NCBI GenBank assembly: GCA_017416795.1
Contig: JAFQBD010000014.1
Span: 8,842-72,841 of the forward strand
Length of the DNA stretch: 64,000 bases
Source: Bacillota bacterium
Lineage (GTDB): Bacteria; Bacillota; Clostridia; Peptostreptococcales; Anaerovoracaceae
Direction: 5' to 3'
Below the pieces are notes generated by a model. That model did not search any database. It saw only the letters and a program-made list of their open reading frames with translations, and was not told where the DNA came from. The position numbers were made by a program, and so were the translations under genes. Numbering within the stretch: the stretch's first letter is position 1; the number at the start of each line of letters is the position of its first letter. Below are positions 45,683 through 57,000 of the stretch, piece after piece.

Positions 45683-46777
45683 ATGGAAGGGCTGATTTAT
45701 CTTGAAGATGGCACAGTTTTTAAAGGTCAGGGTTTCGGTGCTCCGGCTACTGCGGTAGGAGAGCTGGTGTTCAATACATCCATGACCGGGTATCAGGAGA
45801 TACTTACGGACCCATCATACAAAGGGCAGATAATCGATATGACATATCCTTTGGTGGGTAATTATGGTATAAGTGAACATGATAACGAATCCGATAAAAT
45901 ACATGCTTTCGGTCTGATAGTGAAAGATCTGTGTGAAACACCGTCAAACAGCATGTGTGTCAAAACTCTTGACCGGTGGCTCGATGAAAATGGTGTGCCG
46001 GGGGTATATGACATAGATACAAGGAAAATCACAAAAATAATAAGAAAAAACGGAACAGTAAAGTGCCTGATAAGTACTGAAGGGATATCCATAAGCGAGG
46101 CCAAGGAGCTATGTGATAAAACGATGCTTAGGAATGATTGGATGAAAGAAGTCTCGGTAAAGACAAAAACTGTAATAATGCCGGAACAGAAAAAAGCGGA
46201 TAAAACTTACCGTGTCGCAGTAATGGATTTCGGTGTTAAAGCCAACATACTGAACAGTTTGAAAAAAAGGGGTTGTGAATTGATATTATATCCATACGGC
46301 ACTGCAGCGGAAGAGATCCTTGCTGATGACCCTGACGGCATACTTCTGACTAATGGTCCGGGAGATCCTGAAGAGGCGACCGAAGCCATAGAAGAAGTCA
46401 AGAAACTGATCCAAAGTGAAATACCTGTCTTCGGCATATGCATGGGACACCAGATCCTCGCGCTGGCCTTTGGAGGGGAGACATATAAATTGAAATATGG
46501 GCACAGAGGGGGAAACCATGGTGTGTACGATAAGGATACAAAAAGATCATATATCACTTCTCAGAATCATGGATATGCAGTAAATCATGAAAGCATCATA
46601 CTTAAAGGGCTGGAAGTGACACATCTCAACTTAAATGATGGTACTGTAGAAGGTATGGCACATAGAGATTTACCTGTTTTCTCTGTCCAATTTCATCCGG
46701 AAGCCTCGCCGGGACCAACAGATACAGCATATCTATTCGATAAGTTTATATCTCTATTGACTTCTGTTCATATTTAA
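45683..46777 (+). CDS. carA: Carbamoyl-phosphate synthase small subunit, copy 1 (catalytic triad intact)
   Basis: FNTSMTGYQE, NGPGDP, GICMGHQ (Cys), FHPEASPGP. Confidence 0.95.
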   Translation: MEGLIYLEDGTVFKGQGFGAPATAVGELVFNTSMTGYQEILTDPSYKGQIIDMTYPLVGNYGISEHDNESDKIHAFGLIVKDLCETPSNSMCVKTLDRWLDENGVPGVYDIDTRKITKIIRKNGTVKCLISTEGISISEAKELCDKTMLRNDWMKEVSVKTKTVIMPEQKKADKTYRVAVMDFGVKANILNSLKKRGCELILYPYGTAAEEILADDPDGILLTNGPGDPEEATEAIEEVKKLIQSEIPVFGICMGHQILALAFGGETYKLKYGHRGGNHGVYDKDTKRSYITSQNHGYAVNHESIILKGLEVTHLNLNDGTVEGMAHRDLPVFSVQFHPEASPGPTDTAYLFDKFISLLTSVHI

Positions 46778-46827
46778 CTAATAATACAAATATGAAAAAC
46801 TACAGATAAAAGGAGCTATATCAGTCG

Positions 46828-47439
46828 ATGGAAATATACATCCAGGGTCTGACTATGGGTTTGGCATACGTCGCACCCATAGGACTTCAGAATCTTTTTG
46901 TTATCAATACGGCATTGACCCAGCCGAAACGCAGATGCTATCTGACGGCACTCATCGTCATATTCTTTGATGTGACACTGGGACTTGCCTGTTTCTTCGG
47001 GATAGGTGCCATCATGCAGTCTTCGAGGGTGCTCGAGATGATAATACTGCTGGTAGGCAGCCTTATCGTCATCTGGATCGGGATCGGTCTTATGCGAGAT
47101 AAGAGTACCATGGACAACTCAACTAAAGTAGATATCCCTATACTCAAGGTGATCACTACTGCATGTGTAGTTACATGGTTCAACCCGCAGGCCCTGATCG
47201 ACGGATCCATGATGCTGGGAGCATTCAAGGCGACACTTCCTCCGGGAACAGATGCTTTCTTCGTAGGCGGATTCGCATCAGCATCGGTGCTTTGGTTCCT
47301 GAGCATCACAACGATAATCTCGCTGTTCAGTGCCAAGTTTACAGATAAGACCCTCAGATGGATCAACATCATCTGCGGCGCAGTTATCATATTCTATGGC
47401 ATCAAACTGCTGGTGACATTCATTACAATGGTGGTATAA
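46828..47439 (+). CDS. LysE/ArgO family amino-acid exporter
   Basis: APIGLQNLFVI, TWFNPQALID motifs. Confidence 0.85.
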   Translation: MEIYIQGLTMGLAYVAPIGLQNLFVINTALTQPKRRCYLTALIVIFFDVTLGLACFFGIGAIMQSSRVLEMIILLVGSLIVIWIGIGLMRDKSTMDNSTKVDIPILKVITTACVVTWFNPQALIDGSMMLGAFKATLPPGTDAFFVGGFASASVLWFLSITTIISLFSAKFTDKTLRWINIICGAVIIFYGIKLLVTFITMVV

Positions 47440-47498
47440 TGATATGGTCGGCGAGAATGGTCGATCATAACAAGAACAATAAGATCGGAGACTAAAAA

Positions 47499-48485
47499 AT
47501 GGACAAGATTAGAATCGGAATACTCGGATACGGTAATTTAGGCAAAGGCGTAGAATGCGCTGTCAAGCAGAATGAAGATATGGAAGTTGCAGCTATCTAT
47601 ACGAGAAGAGATCCTGCATCCATCACACCGCTGACTGAAGGAGTGAAAGTGTGCCATGTGGACGAACTGGAAACTCCGCAGGATATAGATGTACTGATCC
47701 TTTGCGGCGGAAGTGCTACAGATCTGCCGGAGCAGACACCTAAGTACGCTAAGATGTACAACGTAATAGATTCATTCGACAATCACTCTAAGATCCCTGA
47801 GCATTTTGCAGCTGTAGAAGCGGCAGCGAAAGAAGGCGGTAAGATGGCGTTCATCTCTTTCGGATGGGACCCGGGCCTTTTCTCACTTGCCAGAGTTATC
47901 ATGACAGCGGCTCTTCCAAAGGGCGAGAATTACACATTCTGGGGCAAAGGCGTAAGTCAGGGACATTCAGATGCCATCAGAAGGATCGAGGGTGTAAAGG
48001 ATGCGAGACAGTATACCATCCCTGTGGAAAAGGCACTGGATGCAGTAAGAGCAGGAGAAAATCCTGAGTTGACCACGAGAGAAAAACATACAAGAGAATG
48101 CTTCGTAGTTGCTGAAGAAGGTGCAGACCTTGACAAGATCAAGAATGAAATAGTAACTATGCCCGCATACTTTGCAGATTACGATACTACAGTACATTTC
48201 ATCACTGAAGAAGAAATGAAAGCAGAACACTCAGGACTTCCTCACGGCGGCTTCGTCATCCGTGCAGGTAAGACAGGCTGGGAAGAAGAAAACAACTCTA
48301 TCTGCGAATTCAAATTATCGCTGGATTCAAACCCGGAATTCACATCAAGTGTCATAGTTGCTTATGCGAGAGCAGTCCACAGAATGGCGGCAGAAGGCCA
48401 GATCGGATGTAAGACTATATTTGATGTACCAATTTCATACGCATTCCCACAGACAGCTGAAGAAATGCGAAAGCATCTCCTTTAA
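47499..48485 (+). CDS. ddh: meso-diaminopimelate D-dehydrogenase
   Basis: GYGNLG, DSFDNH, GWDPG, TFWGKGVSQGHSDA, HGGFV. Confidence 0.95.
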   Translation: MDKIRIGILGYGNLGKGVECAVKQNEDMEVAAIYTRRDPASITPLTEGVKVCHVDELETPQDIDVLILCGGSATDLPEQTPKYAKMYNVIDSFDNHSKIPEHFAAVEAAAKEGGKMAFISFGWDPGLFSLARVIMTAALPKGENYTFWGKGVSQGHSDAIRRIEGVKDARQYTIPVEKALDAVRAGENPELTTREKHTRECFVVAEEGADLDKIKNEIVTMPAYFADYDTTVHFITEEEMKAEHSGLPHGGFVIRAGKTGWEEENNSICEFKLSLDSNPEFTSSVIVAYARAVHRMAAEGQIGCKTIFDVPISYAFPQTAEEMRKHLL

Positions 48486-48529
48486 CAGATATGATGCGGC
48501 GGCATGTCTGCAGCCGCAGGAGGTCAAAA

Positions 48530-49867
48530 ATGACACAGGCAAATAAAATGGGAACACAAAAAATGCTGCCACTCATATTAGATATGACGTGGCCGCCTTT
48601 TTGTTCCATGATGATGGCATATTCATATAATTTGGTAGACAGCATGTTCGTAGCATGGGCAGGTCACGATGAACTGGCAGCAGTATCGCTGGCATTCCCG
48701 CTCAACACATTCATGGTGGCATGCGCTATCGGTTTCGGTGTAGGTATCAATGTTCTCGTATCGAGACATCTTGGCGAGAAGGACCAGCCGGCAGCCGACC
48801 TGGCGGCAACTAACGGACTGGTGATGGCAGCCCTTATAGGTGTGTTTTTCAACATACTGCTGCTGCTCATAGCCAAACCGTACTTCACCATATTCCTTGA
48901 TGACCCTACTCTTATGGATCTGAGCCTTCAGTATACTAAGATACTTACATTCATGATGGTTCCCGTCATGCTGCAGATAGGTATACAGAAGATACTTCAA
49001 GGTACGGGCAACATGATCGCACCAATGTGGCTTCAGATCAGCGGCGTCATATTCAACTTCGTGCTCGACCCGGCTCTCATCTTCGGATGGGGACCATTCC
49101 CGGAAATGGGCGTCCGCGGAGCGGCAATAGCGACAGTCTTCGGATATACCTTCTCAGGCGCGCTTTCCTTCTACGTGCTCCTTTGCAGGAAACAAAAAGT
49201 CACAGTCAAGTTCAGGGGATACAGACCAAATTGGAAGCAGGCGGCAGAAACTGTCAAGATCGGTATGCCGTCATTCCTCATGAATGTCCTTGGGGCTGTG
49301 ATGGTCAGTGCTGCCAATGCGGTGCTGGTAGGATTCTCGATAACGGCAGTATCATTCTTCGGGGCCTATTTCAAAGTGCAGCAGATCGTTGAGCGCGGGG
49401 TAAACTCGCTGGTTCAGGGTGTGCTGCCGATAATGAGCTTCAATTATGGAGCCAAGGATTACGGCAGACTTCATCATGCATTCAAATTGGGAATAATAAT
49501 AGCTGTCATGATAATGGCAGTAGGGACTGTATTGATCCTGGTATTTCCTGAAACGATCCTAAGCATCTTCAAGGCAGACGAGGCCATGCTGGCAGTCGGA
49601 GTGCCGGCAATGAGGATAATGGTGCTGGGATATGTGTTCGCCGGCATGGGAATAATCTTTGCTACATATATGCAGGCAGTCAAGAATATCAAACAGAGCA
49701 TAATCATCAACCTGCTGAGGCAGGCTATCATACTGCTTCCTGTCATGTTCATACTATCTAATGTCTTCGGTATTTACGGAGTGTGGGTCGCATACCCGAT
49801 AGCAGAAATAGTGACATGTATATACAGTTTCTTCGTATTCAGGAAGAAGTCGGCAGAGCTGAAATAA
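48530..49867 (+). CDS. MATE family efflux transporter
   Basis: YNLVDSMFV, VLDPALIFGW...GVRGAAIAT; about 12 TM segments. Confidence 0.9.
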   Translation: MTQANKMGTQKMLPLILDMTWPPFCSMMMAYSYNLVDSMFVAWAGHDELAAVSLAFPLNTFMVACAIGFGVGINVLVSRHLGEKDQPAADLAATNGLVMAALIGVFFNILLLLIAKPYFTIFLDDPTLMDLSLQYTKILTFMMVPVMLQIGIQKILQGTGNMIAPMWLQISGVIFNFVLDPALIFGWGPFPEMGVRGAAIATVFGYTFSGALSFYVLLCRKQKVTVKFRGYRPNWKQAAETVKIGMPSFLMNVLGAVMVSAANAVLVGFSITAVSFFGAYFKVQQIVERGVNSLVQGVLPIMSFNYGAKDYGRLHHAFKLGIIIAVMIMAVGTVLILVFPETILSIFKADEAMLAVGVPAMRIMVLGYVFAGMGIIFATYMQAVKNIKQSIIINLLRQAIILLPVMFILSNVFGIYGVWVAYPIAEIVTCIYSFFVFRKKSAELK

Positions 49868-49930
49868 ATAATAACATCAAAAAATCCGGAGGTTTCTCCG
49901 GATTTTGTTTTGTATATTTATGTTTTTTTA

Positions 49931-50827
49931 TCATTTTGCAGGGTCCGGCAGTTTCTCCGCCTTATCCGGCAGGTTTGTCAGCAGGACAGCCAGCACTACC
50001 AGGAAACCACCGATCACCATAGTCTTAGTTATGATGTCTCCGATGAGGAAGTAGCCGAATACGCACGCACATACAGGCTCGGCAGTATTGATGATAGATG
50101 CGTTTGTAGGTCCGATCAGTTTGACACCGAGGCAGAACAGCATGATTGCCAGGAATGCGTTGACGATAGCCAACATCAGTACGAAGAAGAGCTGGTCGCC
50201 GCCTTGGCTGAACATTGGCGCATCGCTGAACATAGTTCTGAAGAAGTTGATGACAGCTGATGTGACCATAACGTAGCCTGCTGTAACGAATGTGTTCACG
50301 TCTTTCAGTACCGGATGAGCCAGCCCGATAGTGTAGAATACGTAACATACTGCACACAGCAATGCCCAGATAACACCGATGATCTTTATCTCCATATCAG
50401 GTGACCATACTACGAGTGCCAGACCGATCATGGATAAGATAACAGCGATGATCTTCACGGCACGAACAGGTTCACGACCGCGGATCATTTCAACTGCGAT
50501 CACCATAGCAGGGAATGTGAACTCGATGATGGTAGCCAGCGATCCGCTGATATTTTCGAATGCCAGATACAGAGTGATGGCAATACCTGCATAAGCCAGA
50601 ACGACTACGATCATAGGTTTGATCTGCTCGCGCGTCAGCTTGAACGGGAGCTTCTTGATCAATATGTATGCCCACATGATGATGGCAGCATACAGGAATT
50701 TATTGAAGAGTATGGTTTCAGACACCAGACCTGTGTCAAAAGCCATGAATGATAATGACGGCACCAGTCCGTAACAGAGAGTGGCGCCAATGATGGCCAG
50801 TGTTCCGATAAGTTTAGCGTTTTTCAT
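49931..50827 (-). CDS. DMT/EamA family permease
   Basis: Two hydrophobic EamA repeats, ASII.T.EPV, GGFLVV. Confidence 0.85.
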   Translation of the reverse strand: MKNAKLIGTLAIIGATLCYGLVPSLSFMAFDTGLVSETILFNKFLYAAIIMWAYILIKKLPFKLTREQIKPMIVVVLAYAGIAITLYLAFENISGSLATIIEFTFPAMVIAVEMIRGREPVRAVKIIAVILSMIGLALVVWSPDMEIKIIGVIWALLCAVCYVFYTIGLAHPVLKDVNTFVTAGYVMVTSAVINFFRTMFSDAPMFSQGGDQLFFVLMLAIVNAFLAIMLFCLGVKLIGPTNASIINTAEPVCACVFGYFLIGDIITKTMVIGGFLVVLAVLLTNLPDKAEKLPDPAK

Positions 50828-50933
50828 TTTCTCACCTGTGAATAATATTGATAATTTTTCTAATCAGTACAACGTGGTATATTCTATCACACTTTTGTTT
50901 GAATGTTAAGCTGACCTATAGTATTATTGACTC

Positions 50934-52256
50934 ATGGATATGAATAATTTATTAAAAAAAGACCCTCTTATCGAGGACATAGCAAACTGTAAGGAAATAT
51001 TTTGGGTGAATCCTAGTGTAGACGCAAAGCTCCCGCATGCTGGAGCCCTCGGCTCTGTTGCTGAGGCTAAGGCGGATCCGGCTGAAAGCGTTGACATCGA
51101 TGCAGCCGAAGCGAGGCTGCTGCGTTTTGCTCCGTTCATCGCCAAGATGTTTCCTGATGCAAAGGACGGTATAATCGAGTCTGAACTTAAAGAGATCAGT
51201 CGTATGAAAGAGCTTCTGGTAGGAGGAGAAGTCAAAGGAAGACTGTTTCTCAAGTGTGACAGCCATCTTCCTGTTTCAGGATCCATCAAGGCCAGAGGCG
51301 GCATTTATGAAGTGCTCAAGCTGGCTGAAAAGATCGCTATGGAAGAAGGCGGCCTTACTTACGATGACGACTATTCGGTTTTGGCAGAACCGAAGTTCAA
51401 GGATATATTCAGTAAATACAAGGTGGCTGTCGGATCTACAGGAAACCTTGGCCTTAGCATAGGTATAATCAGTGCGACTATCGGGTTTGAAGTCACTGTA
51501 CATATGTCAGCCGATGCGCGTCAGTGGAAGAAAGATATGCTTAGAGCAAAGGGCGCCAAGGTGGTGGAATATCCGGATGATTATGAAGCGGCAGTAGCTC
51601 AGGGAAGAAGAGAAGCTGCTGAGGATCCCGCATGTCATTTCGTAGACGATGAAAATTCCCTTGATCTCTTTGAAGGATATTCTGTTGCGGGCAAGAGACT
51701 GAAGAAACAGCTGGATGATCAGGGGATCACCATCGATAAAGATCGCAGACTCTATGTTTATCTGCCATGCGGCGTAGGCGGAGCTCCGGGAGGAGTTGCC
51801 TGGGGCATCAAAAAATACTTCGGAGAAAATGCATACTGCTTCTTTGCAGAACCTACTCATGCTCCATGTATGGTGCTGGGACTGGTGTCAGGACTTAAGA
51901 ATAAGATCGCTGTAGGCGACATAGGTATAGACGGGAAAACCGAAGCCGACGGATTGGCAGTAGGAAGACCTTCAGCCCTCGTTTCAGAGATCATGGACAG
52001 CCGGCTTACAGGATGTTTCACAGTAGATGATGAGAAACTCTATCCGTATCTGGCAGAACTTAAAGACAGCGAAGATATATTCATCGAACCATCGGCATGT
52101 GCAGCCTTCGAAGGACTCAAGTATGTATGCGGATCACCGGGAGGTTTCCCTGCTCCCGATGAAAACTCTATACATATAGTATGGGCGACAGGCGGTAACA
52201 TGGTTCCGGAAGATGAAAAGGAAGCGTACTATAAGAGAGGATGCGAGGGAAGATGA
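50934..52256 (+). CDS. dsdA: D-serine ammonia-lyase
   Basis: GSIKARGG (PLP Lys), GSTGNLG, LPCGVGGAPGG, EPSA, WATGG. Confidence 0.93.
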   Translation: MDMNNLLKKDPLIEDIANCKEIFWVNPSVDAKLPHAGALGSVAEAKADPAESVDIDAAEARLLRFAPFIAKMFPDAKDGIIESELKEISRMKELLVGGEVKGRLFLKCDSHLPVSGSIKARGGIYEVLKLAEKIAMEEGGLTYDDDYSVLAEPKFKDIFSKYKVAVGSTGNLGLSIGIISATIGFEVTVHMSADARQWKKDMLRAKGAKVVEYPDDYEAAVAQGRREAAEDPACHFVDDENSLDLFEGYSVAGKRLKKQLDDQGITIDKDRRLYVYLPCGVGGAPGGVAWGIKKYFGENAYCFFAEPTHAPCMVLGLVSGLKNKIAVGDIGIDGKTEADGLAVGRPSALVSEIMDSRLTGCFTVDDEKLYPYLAELKDSEDIFIEPSACAAFEGLKYVCGSPGGFPAPDENSIHIVWATGGNMVPEDEKEAYYKRGCEGR

Positions 52257-52732
52257 CCATGGAACAGGAAATGATGACAGGACAACAGAGGCTTGAAGCA
52301 CATGTGGAGAAGACCCTTCACGAGAACAATGTTATCCAGAAAGATCTGATAAACGGCATGATGAAGTCTGAAAAAGTCAGCTGTTCTTATGAAGATAAGA
52401 CGATAACTTTTGCATTTCCGGTGCAGCAGTGGCAGGCCAACAGAGTCGGCAAGCTCCATGGAGGGATCATATGTGCCGCATTCGATATGACTATCGCAGC
52501 ACTGGCAAGGTTTTATGCGGGAGAAAACTTCGCGCCTACTATCAGCCTCGATGTGAAATATGTCCGCCCTGTAGAAGTGGGTGATACGATGCTGGTGACA
52601 GCGAAGGCAGTTTCGGCAGGAAAGAGGATAACTCAGCTGACATGTGAAGCAACAAGCAAAAATACAAGTAAGATCGTCGCTACAGGAGCATCAGTATATA
52701 TGAATGTGGACACGATCAAAGAAAGAGAATAA
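52253..52732 (+). CDS. PaaI-type hotdog-fold thioesterase
   Basis: N..G.LHGGII...D motif; ATGA overlap with dsdA. Confidence 0.8.
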   Translation: MTMEQEMMTGQQRLEAHVEKTLHENNVIQKDLINGMMKSEKVSCSYEDKTITFAFPVQQWQANRVGKLHGGIICAAFDMTIAALARFYAGENFAPTISLDVKYVRPVEVGDTMLVTAKAVSAGKRITQLTCEATSKNTSKIVATGASVYMNVDTIKERE

Positions 52733-52811
52733 AATCAAAAGCTAATACTGAAGTACCGTGCGGGATGATTTCCGGGCGGTATTTTTTATACATTTTTCTG
52801 CAAAAATATCC

Positions 52812-52850
52812 ATGCACACTATTGAATAAACATGAATATTGATGTATAAT
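52812..52850 (+). promoter_or_regulatory. carAB promoter overlapped by ARG-box-like sites
   Basis: TTGAAT, 17 bp, TATAAT. TGAAT-AAAC-ATGAA and TGAAT-ATTG-ATGTA are each one mismatch from TGAAT-N4-ATNCA. Confidence 0.5.
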
Positions 52851-52930
52851 TATTAAGAAAGCGGCAGAGATGTCGCTTATTGAATGTGCAATACAAATTT
52901 GAATAATATACAAGGAGAAAAAGTAAGACT

Positions 52931-54055
52931 ATGATCAAGACTACTAAAGCAGCAGAAGGTATGATTTATCTGGAAGACGGCACAGTTTTCAAGGGAAAGA
53001 GCTTCGGAGCAGTCAAGACAGCTGTTGGAGAACTGGTATTCAATACTGTTATGACAGGCTATCAGGAACTGTTGACAGACCCTACTTACAAGGGACAGAT
53101 AATCAATATGACGTATCCTATCATAGGTAATTACGGTATAAGCGATGTGGATAATGAATCGGATAATATTCATGCATTCGGCCTTGTGGTCAAGGATGTA
53201 TGCGATGAACCGTCAAACAGCATGTGCACTAAGACATTAGACCAGTGGATGAAGGAGCATGATGTTCCGGGAGTCGCAGGTGTAGATACGAGACAGATAA
53301 CTAAGAAGATAAGAAATAACGGTACAATAAAATGCCTCATCAGTACAGAAGGTATTTCCATAAGTGAAGCCAAGAAGCTTTGCGCGGAAGCAGAACTCAA
53401 AGGTGACTGGATGAAAGAAACTGCAGTCGCAGAGAAGACGATCCTGGGTCCTACAGCTAAAACTGCCGAAGAACCGCTGGACGTAGCAGTCATAGATTTC
53501 GGTATCAAGCAGCATATCGTAGACTTTCTGAGAGAAAAGAACTGCAAGCTGACTCTCTATCCGTACGGAACAGAGGCTGAAGAAATCATCGCAGACGATC
53601 CGGACGGCATTTTCCTCACCAACGGACCGGGAAATCCTGAAGAGGCCGCAGAAGCCATAGAAGAAGTGAAGACGCTTATAGCTGAGAGCGAACTTCCTAT
53701 GTTCGGTATCGGTCTCGGTCACCAGATACTGACCATAGCACTGGGCGGAAGCACATATAAGCTGAAGTACGGACATAGAGGCGGCAACCACGGCGTATAC
53801 GATAAAGAAACTAAACGCTCATACATAACTTCCCAGAACCACGGATATGCAGTTAACCACGACAGTATCATCCTCAAGGGAATGGAAGTCACACACCTAA
53901 ACCTCAACGACGGAACAGTAGAAGGTATGGAGCACAGAGACTTGCCGATCTTCTCGACACAGTTCCATCCGGAAGCTAAGCATAACGCCAACGACAGCGG
54001 ATATTTATTCGATAAATTTATTTCTATGATGAAGGAGGAAACGAAAAATGCCTAA
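52931..54055 (+). CDS. carA: Carbamoyl-phosphate synthase small subunit, copy 2 (nucleophile Cys replaced by Gly)
   Basis: Close paralog of copy 1 but reads GIGLGHQ (GGT at 53711-53713) and FHPEAKHNA; overlaps the carB start. Confidence 0.92.
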   Translation: MIKTTKAAEGMIYLEDGTVFKGKSFGAVKTAVGELVFNTVMTGYQELLTDPTYKGQIINMTYPIIGNYGISDVDNESDNIHAFGLVVKDVCDEPSNSMCTKTLDQWMKEHDVPGVAGVDTRQITKKIRNNGTIKCLISTEGISISEAKKLCAEAELKGDWMKETAVAEKTILGPTAKTAEEPLDVAVIDFGIKQHIVDFLREKNCKLTLYPYGTEAEEIIADDPDGIFLTNGPGNPEEAAEAIEEVKTLIAESELPMFGIGLGHQILTIALGGSTYKLKYGHRGGNHGVYDKETKRSYITSQNHGYAVNHDSIILKGMEVTHLNLNDGTVEGMEHRDLPIFSTQFHPEAKHNANDSGYLFDKFISMMKEETKNA

Positions 54056-57000
54056 GAAAACTTCGCTGAAAAAAATACTCATAATCGGATCCGGCCCTAT
54101 CGTCATAGGACAGGCGGCAGAATTTGACTATGCCGGAACACAGGCCTGCAAGGCGATCAAAGAAGAAGGTATAGAAACTATCCTGGTAAACAGCAATCCG
54201 GCAACGATAATGACGGACAAAGGGATAGCAGATAAAGTATATATGGAGCCGCTGACAGAAGAGGCTCTCGAAAAGATAATGGAAAAAGAACGCCCTGACG
54301 GTATGCTGGCAGGCTTCGGCGGACAGACAGGCCTCAATCTTGCCATGGAAATGGAAGAAAAGGGCATCCTTGCCAAGTACGGAACTAAACTCCTCGGCGT
54401 AAATAAAGAAAGCATCAAGAAGGCGGAAGACAGAGAAGCCTTCAAGGAACTGATGCAGGAGATAAACGAGCCTATCCCTAGCAGCATCATAGCTACGACT
54501 ATCGAAGAATGTTACGACTTCATCGAAAAAGAAGGCTATCCAGTTATCATCAGACCTGCATATACCCTCGGTGGTACAGGCGGCGGCATCGCAGAAAACA
54601 AGGAAGAACTGGAAGAACTCTGCTACAAGGGTATGGAAAGCAGCGCCATAGGACAGATACTTCTCGAAAAATCCGTAGCCGGCTGGAAAGAGATCGAGTT
54701 CGAGGTCATGCGTGACAGAAGAAACAACTGCATCATCATCTGCAGCATGGAAAACATGGACCCTGTAGGAGTACATACAGGCGACAGTATCGTAGTAGCT
54801 CCTGTACAGACACTGAGAGACGAAGAATATCAGATGCTGAGAGATGCATCTATCAAGATCATCAGAAGTCTCGAGATCGAAGGCGGATGCAATGTACAGT
54901 TCGCTCTTGATCCGGATACAGGAGATTACATAGTTATCGAAGTAAACCCTCGTGTAAGCCGTTCATCAGCCCTCGCTTCAAAAGCTGCAGGCTATCCTAT
55001 AGCTAAGATCTCCGCTAAGATCGCTCTGGGATATACGCTGGATGAGCTTTACAACTACGTTACTCAGACCACAAGTGCATGCTTCGAACCTACTATAGAC
55101 TATATCGTAGTCAAGTTCCCTAAGTGGCCGTTCGACAAGTTCAGGACAGCATCGAGAAAGCTGGGAACTCAGATGAAGGCGACGGGCGAAGTAATGTCCA
55201 TCGACAGAACTTTCGAGAGTGCGCTGCTGAAGGCACTCACATCAATAGAAATCAAGTGTGACGGTCTCCATACTCCGTATGTGACAGGTTTACCAAACGA
55301 CAAGCTGATCGCCAAGCTGAAGGATTGCGACGATGAGAGGGTATTCTGCATAGCGGAAGTTATGAGAAGAGACTTGATGGATGTGGAAGAACTATACTCA
55401 ATCACTAAGATAGACAGATGGTTCTTGAACAAGATCAAGGGCATCATCGATCTGGAAAACACACTTAAGACACAGCCGCTCACTAAAGATCTGGTTTATG
55501 AGGCAGAGTCGAGAGGCTTGACAGATTCAGACATCATCGAACTTTCGGGAGTATCCAGAGATGTCCTTCAGGATATCCGTGTATATAACGACATTTATCC
55601 TGTTTATAAGATGGTAGATACATGCGGCGGTGAATTTGATGCGCTGACACCGTATTACTATTCATGTTATGACGAAGAAGATGAAAGTATCAGAAGCCCT
55701 GAAGAGAAGATCCTCGTTATAGGCTCAGGCCCTATCAGGATCGGTCAGGGTATAGAATTCGACTACTGCTGCGTACAGGGCGTATGGGCTATCAAGGAAC
55801 TGGGATATGAAGCTATCATCATGAACAACAACCCTGAGACAGTGAGCACAGACTTCGACACATCCGACAAGCTGTATTTTGAATCTCTCCACATAGACAA
55901 CGTGATGAACGTCATCAAGAGAGAACGTCCTTACGGAGTCATCCTCCAGTTCGGCGGCCAGACATCGCTGAACCTGGCAGAAAAGCTCAACAGCAGAAGC
56001 ATCAATATTCTGGGAACAGCTTTCGAAGATATAGACCTGGCAGAAGACAGAGAAAAGTTCTGCGAGCTGCTGGCAGACCTTGGCATCGCTGTGCCTGAAG
56101 GCGTAGCGGTGACTACTGAGGAAGAAGCATTCGAAGCAGTGGCAAGACTAGGATATCCGCTGGTGGTACGTCCGTCATACGTTATCGGCGGCAGAGCTAT
56201 GCAGGTAGTATACAGCGACGACGAACTTAAGAGATATCTGAAGGAATCAGTATCCCTGTCCACTGAACATCCTGTACTTATCGACCAGTATATCCAGGGT
56301 AAGGAGATAGAAGTAGATGCCATCGCAGATGGTGAAGACATCCTGATCCCGGGCATAATGGAGCACGTGGAAAGGGCAGGGGTCCACTCCGGAGACAGTA
56401 TTTCCGTATATCCGAATTACTCTCTCTCAGAAGAAGTGGAAAACACACTCCTCGAGTATACGGAAAAGATCGCAAAGGCTCTCAATACAGTAGGACTCAT
56501 CAATATCCAATATGCATATGACGGTGAGAAGATCTACGTTATCGAAGCTAACCCTAGAGCATCACGTACAGTTCCTATCCTCAGCAAGATCACTAGAGTT
56601 CCTATGGTCAAGCTGGCAGTGGCAGCTATGCTGGGACATAAGCTTAAGGACAGTGAATACGGAACAGGACTGTATAAGAAAACTAAGGAATATGCAGTCA
56701 AAGTGCCTGTATTCTCCAGCGCCAAGCTGACTGATATGGACATCGCACTGGGACCTGAAATGAAGTCTACGGGAGAAGTCCTCGGCATAGATGAAGATCT
56801 TGATAAGGCGCTTTATAAGGGCTTCCTCGGTGCAGGCATGGATATTCCTGACGGTGGCAATATCTTCGTTACACTCAGATCTACAGAGCAGACAGAGTAT
56901 ACGGCAGACATCCTCAAGGATTACTGCGATAACGGATTCAAACTCTACGCCACAGATGATACTATCAACTTCATCAAGGAGTATGGCATGGATGCTGAAC

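Noticed and set aside
45683-54055. carA duplication as an assembly artefact
   Set aside because: The copies differ at many synonymous and non-synonymous positions and have different neighbours.
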